DNA from: a virus
Taxonomy: Duplodnaviria > Caudoviricetes
Length of the DNA: 57,427 bases
Reading direction: 5' to 3' (one strand)
Virus record (IMG/VR): IMGVR_UViG_3300036671_000177
Span: 1-57,427 of that record
A model generated the notes under the pieces. That model saw only the letters and a list, made by a program, of their open reading frames with translations. It was not told the DNA's origin and did no database searches. Below are positions 20,501 through 31,400 of the stretch, in pieces; position 1 is the first letter of the stretch, and each line of letters opens with the position of its first letter. The position numbers and the translations under genes were made by a program.

Positions 20501-21842
20501 CATCATCAAAATCAAATAAATTTATAGAACCTGTTGATGCAAGAAGTTGACCAACTGGTAGACCACTAACCCCTAAATCGGAAGCACTTTTGTTAACAGA
20601 AAATTCTAAAACTCTATCACTTAAGTCTGAGACAAGTCTTGGAGATAGTTCAATTAAATCAAATGTAGAATCAAACTTATTCATACTATCAATCACAACT
20701 CTTATTCCAGAAATATACTCAAACTCTTTATACTTTGTTTCATTATTTAAGGTAAATGCTGGAGGGTTAGTCAAGTCTGTAACAAAACCTGTTAGTGTTT
20801 CAATCCTGTGTTCTTCAAGTTTCCATCCATAAGATGGAGTAAAAGTTTTCCATTCACCTTTATACCAAATATAGTATGTGCCTAAAGACATGCTATTAGA
20901 AATAACTGTGTATGCTTCTCCTTCTTGGGCTGTATCTGGTTTCAGTGTTACTGAAGATAACTCTGCAACAAATTTAAATATATTAGAATAAATGCTTGGA
21001 ACAATTAGACCATAGGAAACTTCGACGTATCCATCGGAGCCAATGATTGCTTTACCATCTTTTCTTATATCTCTGTCAGAAAAAGATATGGCATCTACCC
21101 AACTATTATTTTTTAATACTTGAATTTTCCAGTTGTTTGGAGTTGTTTTATTTATGTCCCCATAGTATGGATCTAAAAATGTTTTATATGAGTTAGAGAA
21201 TGTTCCATAATCTAATTCTCCCGTATTTGTTTGCATCTTTACTATTAGTCTGTTTGCTGGAATTTTTTCTTTATACACAACAAATGGCGCAGTATCTTCT
21301 ATTCTGTGCTTCCCATTAATAGTCTTATTAGCAACTCCATACTCAGTACCGTTTTCTGTTCTAAAAGAAGTCCAATACTTGAAGGGATCTTTTTTATCTG
21401 ACATATAGTATCTTGGTCTTTTTGCCATATTAATATTTGGATTATGCAAAAACTTTCCATTAAGGTATGTTGCTTTATTAATACCAGACCTTGGCCTTTG
21501 ATAACTAAAGCATTCTTCTAAAGAATATAACATCTTCATTTTTTCTTTAATTGGTTTTAGGATGGTTGGGTTTTCATCATCATCAAATCCACCATCAATA
21601 ACTATGTCTGCATCAGTTGCCCCAGTATAATATTTAATACCATTAGTTCCTGAGTCTAGTGGATCAAACGTGTTTGGTATTGTTTTATAAAAAGAATCTG
21701 TTTGTGTTGGACGATACCTATAGTTTCCTGTCATGCGTATGTTTGTTGCAATATTCATGTTCCACTCAGCAATAACTAAAGATTTTGTTTTAACAGAAGA
21801 ACTTGTCTCTATATAGTTTAATAATTCTTTATCTTGAAACAT
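17565..21842 (-). CDS. Large minor tail protein (tail tip/hub)
   Basis: ~1425 aa, second gene after the tape measure, with hub-like motifs (LQDLAVSTQTAMFFDEYN; ANPMIQLGDIV). The start is likely MFQDKE. Confidence 0.75.
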   Translation of the reverse strand: MFQDKELLNYIETSSSVKTKSLVIAEWNMNIATNIRMTGNYRYRPTQTDSFYKTIPNTFDPLDSGTNGIKYYTGATDADIVIDGGFDDDENPTILKPIKEKMKMLYSLEECFSYQRPRSGINKATYLNGKFLHNPNINMAKRPRYYMSDKKDPFKYWTSFRTENGTEYGVANKTINGKHRIEDTAPFVVYKEKIPANRLIVKMQTNTGELDYGTFSNSYKTFLDPYYGDINKTTPNNWKIQVLKNNSWVDAISFSDRDIRKDGKAIIGSDGYVEVSYGLIVPSIYSNIFKFVAELSSVTLKPDTAQEGEAYTVISNSMSLGTYYIWYKGEWKTFTPSYGWKLEEHRIETLTGFVTDLTNPPAFTLNNETKYKEFEYISGIRVVIDSMNKFDSTFDLIELSPRLVSDLSDRVLEFSVNKSASDLGVSGLPVGQLLASTGSINLFDFDDAFHPNNLESIISRYVSKNIQIKIYEVITDNSGTEYYLPIKTMYSDGFPKLDNQSKQVSIELRDLFFYFESKIAPQILLTNTSVSSAVSLLLDSIGFSNYVFKRVDGESEVIIPYFFIAPERSVAEVLQDLAVSTQTAMFFDEYNNFVMMSKDYIMPSVIQRPTDVTLYGTTDFSDTGVIKNQRTNNKLSNILEITSQDNEVYNDGKITYTTRSIQRSVGTIKQASLVDNEKIWAYKPVLLWELGGSEGTKSVNQVIQNQSTYALSAIPLNSNLSSTIPSVKNNKVVDSVMDLGEGIFFITRYSGYFYSNGEIIKYDAVQYNISGTGNVWINNVQEYEKYFSSLPFNGKIYPTGLVRIYAEPNYEEVFGVIKLKNGVVAKHGRGQFGTAVASHSAGVSPYWSSNENVRGCTMQSDYLFKLEETPPLTTVGPAGINNTLAQKTSRNGIIKNALASKYISESNINAMLSTQAGTVQSSALIMNGPGFTTTESPLDFVSYVYKELNNKYKHFGTRMRIVGKIENDGNLGQTSVGSSTYFTVPGTTPDKSISIVGGSGGLAVMINPSTNNGYYFEIIALGANNLNDSEKKNVNDVIFYKIKASGSSAIPIKLYEGLAGIIVDDGKFTGQYRMAAEKTPTVYDLSVEYQDIGKRRRFFLYINNNLIAEVDDEDPLPVYNNMALFVRGSSRVMFENIYALGNNYSQNTAFKINAPIASAFGDSEINANDSFMKYAVSGVVQSTYLSGISSAEPPAFNMYFEEFGTIMREAASFNIKYDKAYPALYAKLSPTFNRIKGYTVSGFKAGSYGAEFLVFNSTDTILNLDSTSGNFLKIQGITFTQESNTDLTVDEYFSKNSNLADSEITESSLVVSPFKIKKDYQDIKLSRMSYGKKDFVLDVPYIQSQDAAENLMSWVINKIMKPRKSVGVKIFANPMIQLGDIVNLDYINNSIDMVSSKNSRFVVYNIEYSKDQSGPSMTIFLSEVI

Positions 21843-22498
21843 TACGCCTCTTCCAGTGCAAGGGATACATTCCAAAAATCAAAGTTTAAACCATTTCTTT
21901 TTACAACTGAATAGTTGAAGTTTGAAAAAAATACTTCAATAATTTCGTTATATTTATTTACATTATTAAATCTATTATCATTTTTGCTGCTATCTGTGTC
22001 TTCAAAATTTGTATACTTATCGTAAGCAAGATAGACCCAGAATGATCCCTGATGGTTATCATACCAATCAAGTAGTTCTACTCCGCCTGAACCACCATCT
22101 GTTGTAAATTCTAATGGGTTAGTTCTAGTTACTGTTTGTTGTAGATCTGCTTTTCCATTATAATTAAAGTTTGCTTTTGTGTCATAGGCCCTGGATGGCA
22201 GCATATTCCATGATGTGTTTATTTCTAGTTTATCAGCAATATGGTATGACCTCATTCGGCCATTAATCATTCTCTCCCGTTTTTCAATTCTAACAGGGGT
22301 AAACTCTATTGCTGACCTATTATCATCAGATAGGATTAAAAAGTTTCCAGCGGTGGTCTCAGAGCCTGTATCGGCCCCTATCTCTTGTCCATCTGGAACA
22401 TAGAACCCATCAATCTTTGTGCCAGGGTTATCTGCAAATAGCATTGCCTGTGGTCTAAAATATTTTTTTCTACCAGACATATAACTATTAGTTGCCAT
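21842..22498 (-). CDS. Minor tail protein (distal-tail-like)
   Basis: Directly follows the tape measure; RERMINGRMRSY and a terminal WNVSLALEEA are Dit-like. Confidence 0.7.
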   Translation of the reverse strand: MATNSYMSGRKKYFRPQAMLFADNPGTKIDGFYVPDGQEIGADTGSETTAGNFLILSDDNRSAIEFTPVRIEKRERMINGRMRSYHIADKLEINTSWNMLPSRAYDTKANFNYNGKADLQQTVTRTNPLEFTTDGGSGGVELLDWYDNHQGSFWVYLAYDKYTNFEDTDSSKNDNRFNNVNKYNEIIEVFFSNFNYSVVKRNGLNFDFWNVSLALEEA

Positions 22499-25400
22499 TA
22501 GAATCTAGCCCCCCTAATTCTTTGAGCATCTATGCTCTTTATTTGTACCATAACTGCTCTTGCAATATCGTCTGGTTTGGCATCAGATTTTACATTTAGG
22601 TTAAGGTTATAATTATACACTGATCCACCAACTAATTCTCCACTATTCATTTTTTTCATGTTATCTACCCCGTAAGAATCTACAGCATACTTGCTCATAA
22701 CAAATTCTCCAGGAGTCAACATTGCTGGCACAGTGTCTGTACCAACAGAATACCCCCCCTTGGCAAAGTATTTTGGAACTAGTCCTCCTGTTGCAAACGC
22801 CATGTCACGATCAATTCTTAGTCGATTAAATGTATCCATTGCGCTTAAACCTTTACGTTTAGATGTAGGCTCGGTCCTCAAACCCCCATGCCGTGCCTTC
22901 ATTCTCATAGCTTCTGTACTATCGTAAATGTTAGTATAAGGTAAGCCACCCTCTTTCTGACGCGTAGAAGCGTCTTCTAACATTTTTGTAATTGAGTTGC
23001 TATGTATTTCGCTACTAAGGTTAAGTTCCTTTCCTAGGCTATTAATGTTAGCCTGGCGAGCGTTGTCTGCTAGAGAATGGGCTCCTAATTTAACTGAGGG
23101 TGTATTGATACCTAATTGTTTTTTAGCAAATTGCAGGGTTATTTCTTCTAAAAGTTCACTTTCTCTTCCTATAAGGTCATCTGCTTTTAACCCTCCCCAT
23201 TCCGACATATTGGCTATTTGTGTTCTATCTTTAGGGCTATAGGAATTTTTTATAAGCTGCAAAACTTCTTTGTTGCGTGGATCACTAACCGCAAGAGGGG
23301 CTGGTTGTCCAGCTTTTATTAAGCCTCTTTTTATTAGTTCCTTTGCATATAGTGCAGAATCTGTATATGGACTAATAACACTAGCATTTGATATCTTTAA
23401 CGCTTGTCCTGGATTTCTTGTCCAGTAAGTATCAATAGGATTTAGATTGTATGGGAGACCGTTATTGTCCATCAAGTCAGATAATTTAGCAACTATTTTC
23501 TGGTTCTCTTTATTCCATGTTCCAAATAAGTGTGATTGAACTACATCTTCTAATGTAAAATGAAGTGTACTTCTCGGGACAGAGTCAAGAGATCCAGGAT
23601 TATAATTGCCAAAGGGATTAAGAAAAATATCCCCCTTTTTATCACGCACAACTGGATGCCTTGTTGAGTGTAGGGCAGTAACATTTTCAGCACCTGTACT
23701 CCCACCAGGAATTCTAGAGTTTTGCTCAAGCACTGTTTTCGTCTGCAATGCTTTCTTTTGTTCAATAATATCATAAAGTTTATTTGTTTTGTAATCAATA
23801 ATACTTGTAGCATTTTTATTTCCAGTTAAGTGTCCCAACATCATAGCAAAGCCGTCTGCTTGCTCTAAGGTTTGTTGTTTTCCTTTTTTACTAATTGAAA
23901 TGGATGCTATTACATTATCTAAAAATTTATTCGTATCTTCAGTCATATTATTCTTTTTAAAACTATTAAGCAATAACTGATTCTTTTTGTTCTTGGGATC
24001 TAATTTTAAGGCTGCTTTTAATAATCCCTCTGGCGTTGTTTGAACAGCTTCTACTCCAGGTAAATTAGAAAAATCTTGATTGTGTCCTTGAAAAGCAAAC
24101 TTCTTCTCTTGGTTTCCTAATGTATACGTGGGGAACATATTGCCATCAGATTCTATATCTTTTCTTTTATATATAGATCTAATTATATCGTTAGCTTGTT
24201 TATTGCTTTTGTTTATCAATCCTTGAGGCGTTGTTTCAGCAATCTTTGGCAATATTGATGGGGCTTTTCTGCCCAGTCCAGCTAATTTCCCGCTCATTGC
24301 AAGAACACCTTCACGTAATTTATCACTTAAGAGGCTGGGCTGTGCCCACGCAGGCAGGGCGCCTGAAACTTTTGATAGCACCCGTGTTCCAAGTTTATCT
24401 AGTTTTAGAGCTTTGCCAACTGTGCCAATCGGGGCAAACATCAAACCAAGGTGTAAAGCTGTCCCTTTAGCTGTGGCTTCATCCGCGCTTGAACCAAAGA
24501 CAAGCGTATCAAGAAAGTTTTTCATCTTAGATCCAAGTATGCTATTGTTGTCCTCCGCTCCCCAACTTCTGGCAACATTGTGAGCTATACCCAGCCACTC
24601 TTTACGGGATGTTAGCGCATTCCATGCTGTTACCTTTTTACGCCAGCCGCCATCTACAAATTCATATCCATTTTTTGCATACCATACTGCCATAGCCTTT
24701 TCACCTTTTTCAGCAGCTTCTGGGGTAGATGCTGACATTGATGGCAAAGGTTTGACTCTTGATCCAAAATTACTCATTCCCATATTATGTGGAGCACCAC
24801 CAACTTGTCCACCATCTGCAAAATTCTGTGCATTTAATTTATTAAGATTATCTACTCCATACTTTTTAACTGCATCTTTTCTTAATACATATTCTCCTGG
24901 AGTAAGCATTGCAGGGACTGTATCTGTTCCTTTAGGGCTAAACATTCCACCCTCAGCTATATAAGAAACCATGCCTCCCATATTCATTCTTTGGGTTGGT
25001 GCTGATTCTCTACGTGGCATAGGAATTATTCCTCCAGCTGCAAAGTAATTAGGTTTAATTATTCCACCGTTAGATTCATACTGCATTGCAAATCTTCCAC
25101 TTGAGCCACCGCGACTTTTGCTAGGTGCTAGCGCAGCTGCTGCGTCTGCTGCTGCTTTGGCAGCGGCTTTTATGTTGTAGTTACTATCTTTATTTTGATA
25201 AGGGTTAAAAGTTACACCTGCACCAGCGTTTGCTGCTGCAATTGCGTCTGCTGCTGCTATCGCTGCTGTAGTTGCTGCATCTGCTGATTCTGCGGCAGCG
25301 TTAGCTGCATCAAGTGCTGCTGCTGCTGCATCTGCTGCTTCCTCTGTTGCTGCTGCTGATGCTTTTTCAGTACTTGATTCATTGCTACCTTCTTCATTAC

Positions 25401-28400
25401 CACCAGGTAGATTTTTTACAGTTGAATACTGTGCCATTTTTAAAAGTATGTCTTTCCAAATTCCATCAAGTTTACTTGCTGCCTCTAGTAATCCTGCAAG
25501 TGGGGCTGTACCTTCTGCTGCTGCCTGTGCCGCGGCGTAATAATCAATTCTTGCATTAATAGTATCCCACGCAGCTCTTGTTTTACCAAGAACTTCAATG
25601 CTTTCTAATTCCTTATTAATAATTGCTTGTAATTGTGTGTTAGAGTAAACAAGTTTGTCAATTCTTTCTTGTAATGGCTCAATAGAAAATTCTTGAATTC
25701 TGTAAATAGAGTCTTCTATATCTCTAATTGAAATAAGCTTGTCTTCTCTTTTTTCTTCAAGGTTGTAAATATCATCTTGTTTACCCTGAATTTTGCTTAT
25801 TATGTCAAGTCTAAGTACATTATTTTCTAATGCATAGATCTTTTGTGAATTCTCATACTGCTTTTCGTTTATTTGTTCTTGATTTAAACCACTTTGTGGA
25901 CCAACCAAAGACCCAAGTGCATTTTCTCTTGCTTGCTGTAAAGCATTTGCTTGTCCAGAAGCAAACCTTTCAGCGTTTCCTGCTCTTATTTCTTGCACAG
26001 CACGGGCTGCTGAAGATATATCTCCAGATGTTATTGCATCTGCTAAATCAATTTGTTGATTCTGCTGTTCTATAATATCTTTATTAATATCAGAAACCTT
26101 CTGTAGGGCTTCTGCTTGATCATCATATTTTTTATTAACCTCTTCTGCAGCATTTGAAATAATTGTTAAATCATTAGACAAACTACTATTTTCGTCTTGA
26201 ATTTTTTGTATAAGGCGATCACCAAATAATGGGCTAGTCTCTAGTTCACGATTAAGATCACTAACCTCTTCATTTAATTTTTCAATTGGTCTTGAATAGT
26301 TTTCCTCGATTGCTCTTTGTCCATCTTGAAGCTCATCGTTAAGTAGTTCTATTGATCTTTGGAAAGGAGCAATTTTATTTTCAAGGTCTGCTATTGTTTT
26401 TTCATTCCCCTTAATTGTTATTGCATTTGCTCCTGTGCGAATAAGACCTTCTTGTGCAGCAAATAATTCATCTACAAGTTGTCTTCCCTGTTCTGCTGCC
26501 CCTGCAAGATCTCCCTCGTTTAGTTTAACTTGAATATCTATAATCTTTGTTGCTTCAATACTATTGAGATAATCCGCAATATTTTCTGCATCTACCTTTC
26601 CATCTTTTAAGTCTTCAATTAAAAACTTTGCAAGTTCTGGATCTCCAAGTACTGCATCAATCTGATCTGTGCTGTATCCAAGGTCTTTCATCTGAGTGAC
26701 AAGTTTTGGCATCTCCTTATACATCTTAAAGTCTTCATTTGCACGAATTGCTTTATTTAGAACTGCTAGTCGCTCAAGTTCTGTGCTTGCAGTCTTTATG
26801 TTTTTAACATATTTTTTCCATTCAGGATCTGATTTTTTAATTGCTCCGCCTGCAATTGCTGCGGCTTGGCCTTGATCTGAAACAACTGATAACGCTTCTG
26901 CTGCTGTAAGACCACTACCAATCAACATATTGTAGGCCTTAGTTTGATCTTGTATGTTCTTTATTGTGGTTTCATTAGCAAGGTTAAAATCTCCAAGTGC
27001 TTTTTCTTTATATCCCCGATCTACAGCCCTGCCAAATTCTGTTAATCCAGTAATGGTGTCTTTTGATTTTCCCTTGCCTTTTGCAAAGGTAAATAATGCC
27101 TTCTTATCTTTAAGTGCTGCTATCTTAGAAAAATCTTCTGCAGACATTGAGTCCACTGCATCTCTTAGGTCTTGTCCAACGTTCATCTTTAAAAGTCTAT
27201 TTTGTATACCGTCAAAAAGTTTAAAGGCACCCTGTTGTGTTTTTTTATCTCTAAATGCTGCAAGCAATGATTCTACAGGCTTCATTGCATTGAATGCATT
27301 ATCTCTTACTTGCTTTAATCTCATTGCAAGAGAGTCTAGGAATGCTAGGGAATTATTTTTACTACCGCCATCCTTAGGGCCATTATTCAAACTTGCATTC
27401 TTTGACAGTTGAGCTTGTTTTACTGCTTGCATAGTCAATTCAGCAGCAAGACTTGATTTTGCAGAGTTTCTCCCCGCTTCAGTTCCATAGAAATCGGCAA
27501 CTACACCAGCGCCACCTGCTGCTGCAACTCTTTTTTTAATCTCTGCATCTAATTGACCTTCACTAATTGTTCTTAAAAGTGTAATATACTCTTGTATAGT
27601 AGTTTTCTTTGTTTCATCATCAAGATTTTCCCATTGATCCCATAAGGCTAAAAGAGCACCCATATCTTGTGTTTCTGAATTTCCATCTGTATTAATTAAG
27701 GCAATTGCTTCTTTGGTAATTGGGTTTTTAATATTTTCAATTGCTGCTAGTTCAACCTGAAGAGCTTTGAGTCTTGCCATTGCATCCTCTTCTTCAAAAA
27801 ATGCTTCAATATTAAGTTCTTTTCCAGCCATCTTTTGCATAAGTGCAATTGTTGCCATTAACCTGTCTGCCTCTTCAGGATTTTTTGCTGCTATATCTAA
27901 AAGAATATCTGTGCCACCTTTTATTTTTTCAAGAGAATTTATTAGTTCAGCAACTTTTCCTGGATCTTTGGTTCTTGCTGTTATATTTAAAAATTTATCG
28001 AATTGCTTTTCTTTTCCAGCAAAAGTGTTAAGCAAAGAAACTGCTGTGTTAGTGGGCATTTGTCCACTACCAACAATAGTCTTAATCTTTACCTCGAGTT
28101 CTTTGCTTTTTAAGTCTGCTGCAGCATTTAAGAATGAATCAACAAAAGTCCCTTGTCCAGTTGCTTCAGCCTTTGCTTTTACTTGCTCGTTTAGTGAATC
28201 AAAAAAAGCAGCCTCTGTTGCGGCTCGAAGTTTTGCAACATTAAAATTATCAATTTGATTTTTTAATATATCTTTATTTCCTTGTCTTAATGTTTTAATT
28301 CCTTCTAATCTTTTTTTATCTAGTGCAGCAATCTCTATCCCTATATCTTTGCTTTTTTTAGCATCTGTAGTTGCAGCCTTCTTTGCTTCAAGTATTTTTA

Positions 28401-31400
28401 ATTCTTTGTCATATTGAACATCAAGGGAATCTATTTGTGCTTGGTTAAATTCAAGATTTTGAGTACCTGATGCTGCCATTGATGCAGACATTCTTTCTGC
28501 ATCTGTTTGAGTAAAAGCCTCTTCAAAGTTAAATCCTTTACCCGTTGCAGTTCCTTTCATGATTTCTTGAGTAATGTAGCCTCCTGGCGTGTTAGTACCC
28601 AACGTCCCCAATACGTTCTGTGCATTAAGAGCGCTATTTTCACCATCCATCATTTTTTTAAATTCATCGGATGCCTGTTGTGATAATTCCGTTTGAGCAC
28701 CTATAAGTTTTACTCTTACTTCTAATGGGTTTGTAAGTAAATCTTTTCCTCCTGGGCCAACTAATTCTAAAAGTTGACCACTTATTTTAGATGTAAGGCT
28801 TTGATTATTTAAATTAATTCCTATTTGGCTTGCTACGCTATGTGCTTGTTCAGCAGTCATTACTCCATCTGAAATATATCCACCAAGTTGAATTGCCATT
28901 TGACTTGCTGCAACATCTGTTCCTGATTTCATATTTTCAGTAAAAGTAGACATAACATCTTTACCAACTTCATTTTGTAAGAAGGTGGATCCAAATTGCT
29001 GCTTTCCTCTTTCAAATCCAGTTGTATATCTGTCTGAAACAGATCCTGATCTTTTCCTTGACATAATTTCTGAAGCACCAACTTTTCCAGTTAGTCCTCC
29101 AATTGTCTTCATTTTTTCAGTTGTTGAATATGTTGAATCAACTAACTTTGATTGTGCCTCTGCTGCTTTCTTTGCCATCTTGTCTAATATGAAAAGCGAT
29201 GCAGTTAGGGCAACAACGGCGACACCTGCAGCAACATATCCGTTTGTCAACATCGGAGCCATACCAGCGACTGCTGAGGCTCCCATTACGGCCATGCCAG
29301 CATTTTGTTGACCAGCCATCATAAGTCCCATACCAGCAGTTCCAAGAGCCATAGATGCTCCACCAGAGAATTTTCCAACTTTTTCTTGGCGAGCCATTCT
29401 ATTTTGTTTTGTTTGTGCTCTTTGTGTTTGTTTTTGTTCCTTTAGACCTCGTTTTTGTCCTTCTTTTACTGCAGCATCATAATTTAATGCTTGTTGACGA
29501 TTAAGTTCTTGGCGGCGTTGGCCTTCGGCAAATCTTTTTCTTGCACTTTCAGTTTGTTGTTTTTGAATTACAGCCTGCTCTTTTTGTCTTGCTGCTTCTA
29601 CTCTTGCGGCTTTGCCTGCTCCCTGCACTTGCGTTTCTTTAACCTTTATTTCTTGCTTTGCAATCTTACGTAAAATCTTATCAATTTCAGCCTGACTATA
29701 TCCCTTGTTTCGTAAATCAACTGCTACCTGTCCTTGACGAACGGTAGGGTTAGTTAGTCCTGGAGTTCCTTTATCTCTTCCAGGAAGAACTCTAATACCG
29801 CGTGCTACAGCAAACCTTCTTGCTTGAGATGCTGTTAAAATAGACTGTCCTGGTCTTTCAGTTGTAAGTCTATTGTCTCTTAAACTTCCGCTACTTGCTT
29901 CTGTACCTGCAGGTTTTGCAGAAGTATTTGTTGTTGTTAATTTTGTTAGTGTTCCAGTTTTTCTATCTAGTTTAAACTCTCCAGGCTTTACAAGAACACT
30001 ATCTGGGTTAGTTGCAGCAAGATTGATTGGTCTGCTTGGAGTAATTGATGAATCTCCAAGTATTGCACGAACAGCCTTAGCGTTTCTAACATCAGATCCT
30101 AATTTAACTCCAGGCATTTTATTACCTTGGGATTTGTGCGCAAATGCTTTTTCTTCTAACTCTGCTGCCTTGGCAACTAGTGCTCTTTCTTCTGGAGTTA
30201 CTGGATGAAGTCCAGTGGCCATGAACTCTGCTGCTTTTTTATATTCAGGGATAAGTGCTTGTGGCAATCCCAAAGCATTAGAAGATTTGCTATTCCAATT
30301 TAAGATTTGATTAAATCTGTCTGAGCCTTTTCCTATATATCTATTAAGGGCGTTGGAGTCATACTGTGCATAACCTGTTTTAAACTTTTGACTATCTCTT
30401 CCACCAATGCCAGTATTTCCTACAATATGAGAAAGTTCTGGAGATAATTTTTTAAGAATTTGTTTATCTGAAAACCCTAAAGATTTCATCTCTCTGGCAG
30501 CATTACTATTTAAAGCATTTCCTAATTTTTGATTATACGCTTCTAATAACTTCTTTGCCTCTGGTCTAACAACATTAGACAATACTGAAAGACCCCCTCC
30601 TGCTTGTTTTCCTGTTGACCTTAAGTCTGTTTCAAAGTGTGAAGGTGCTGCAAATCTTCCAGAGAATCCTCCATTTGCAACATAAGATCCTGCTCTTTCT
30701 TTTGCACCCATCCTGTAAAGCATGCTATCTGTTACTTCTTTAGCAGTTCTTGCATATCTTGCTCTACCAGTTGGGTCTGCTCTAAATGATTCTAAATCCT
30801 TTTGATGAACATACTTAGTCTCACCATCTACCATTATTGCGGTCATCTTTTGAATTTCATTCAAGAAGCTTGTTTGTCTTGGACGATTAAATGATCTTTC
30901 TTCTCCTGATGGAGGAACTAATGCTTTCCCACCGCTCCATGCTGCTTGTACTACTGCTCTTCTTTGTGGGTCAAGGTTTTCTAATGATTTGCCAAATTCT
31001 CCTGTAACATTTCTTTTTAAGTCATCTATAAGAGCATTGTTTTGTGTTCCTGCTGGCAAACTAAACTTTCTCAACTGATCTTCAATTAATGAATTTGATG
31101 CAACAGGATCTATTCCTGCCATAGCCCTTACAACGCCATCACCTGCTCTTGCATGTACAGGCTGAAGTTTAGACCAATCTGTTTTTGCTCCATCCTTAAG
31201 TCTTCCAAACATGTTATTATAAATAACTTGCTCCTCTGGAGTTAAATCAAAAGATTTAATGACTTTTTTTAATCTAGGAATAGCTTTATTAATTTCTGCT
31301 TTAATTGCAGCGTCATACTCCTGTGGAGACATTTTTGCAGCAATACCAGATGTTTCTTGTGCAAAGAACTTCCTTGCTCCGCCTTTAACTCCAAGAAGAT

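Noticed and set aside
22650-24960. Duplicated PAMLTPGE segments as a DGR template/variable repeat pair
   Set aside because: The differences are largely synonymous and not adenine-specific, both copies are coding, and no reverse transcriptase is in the window.
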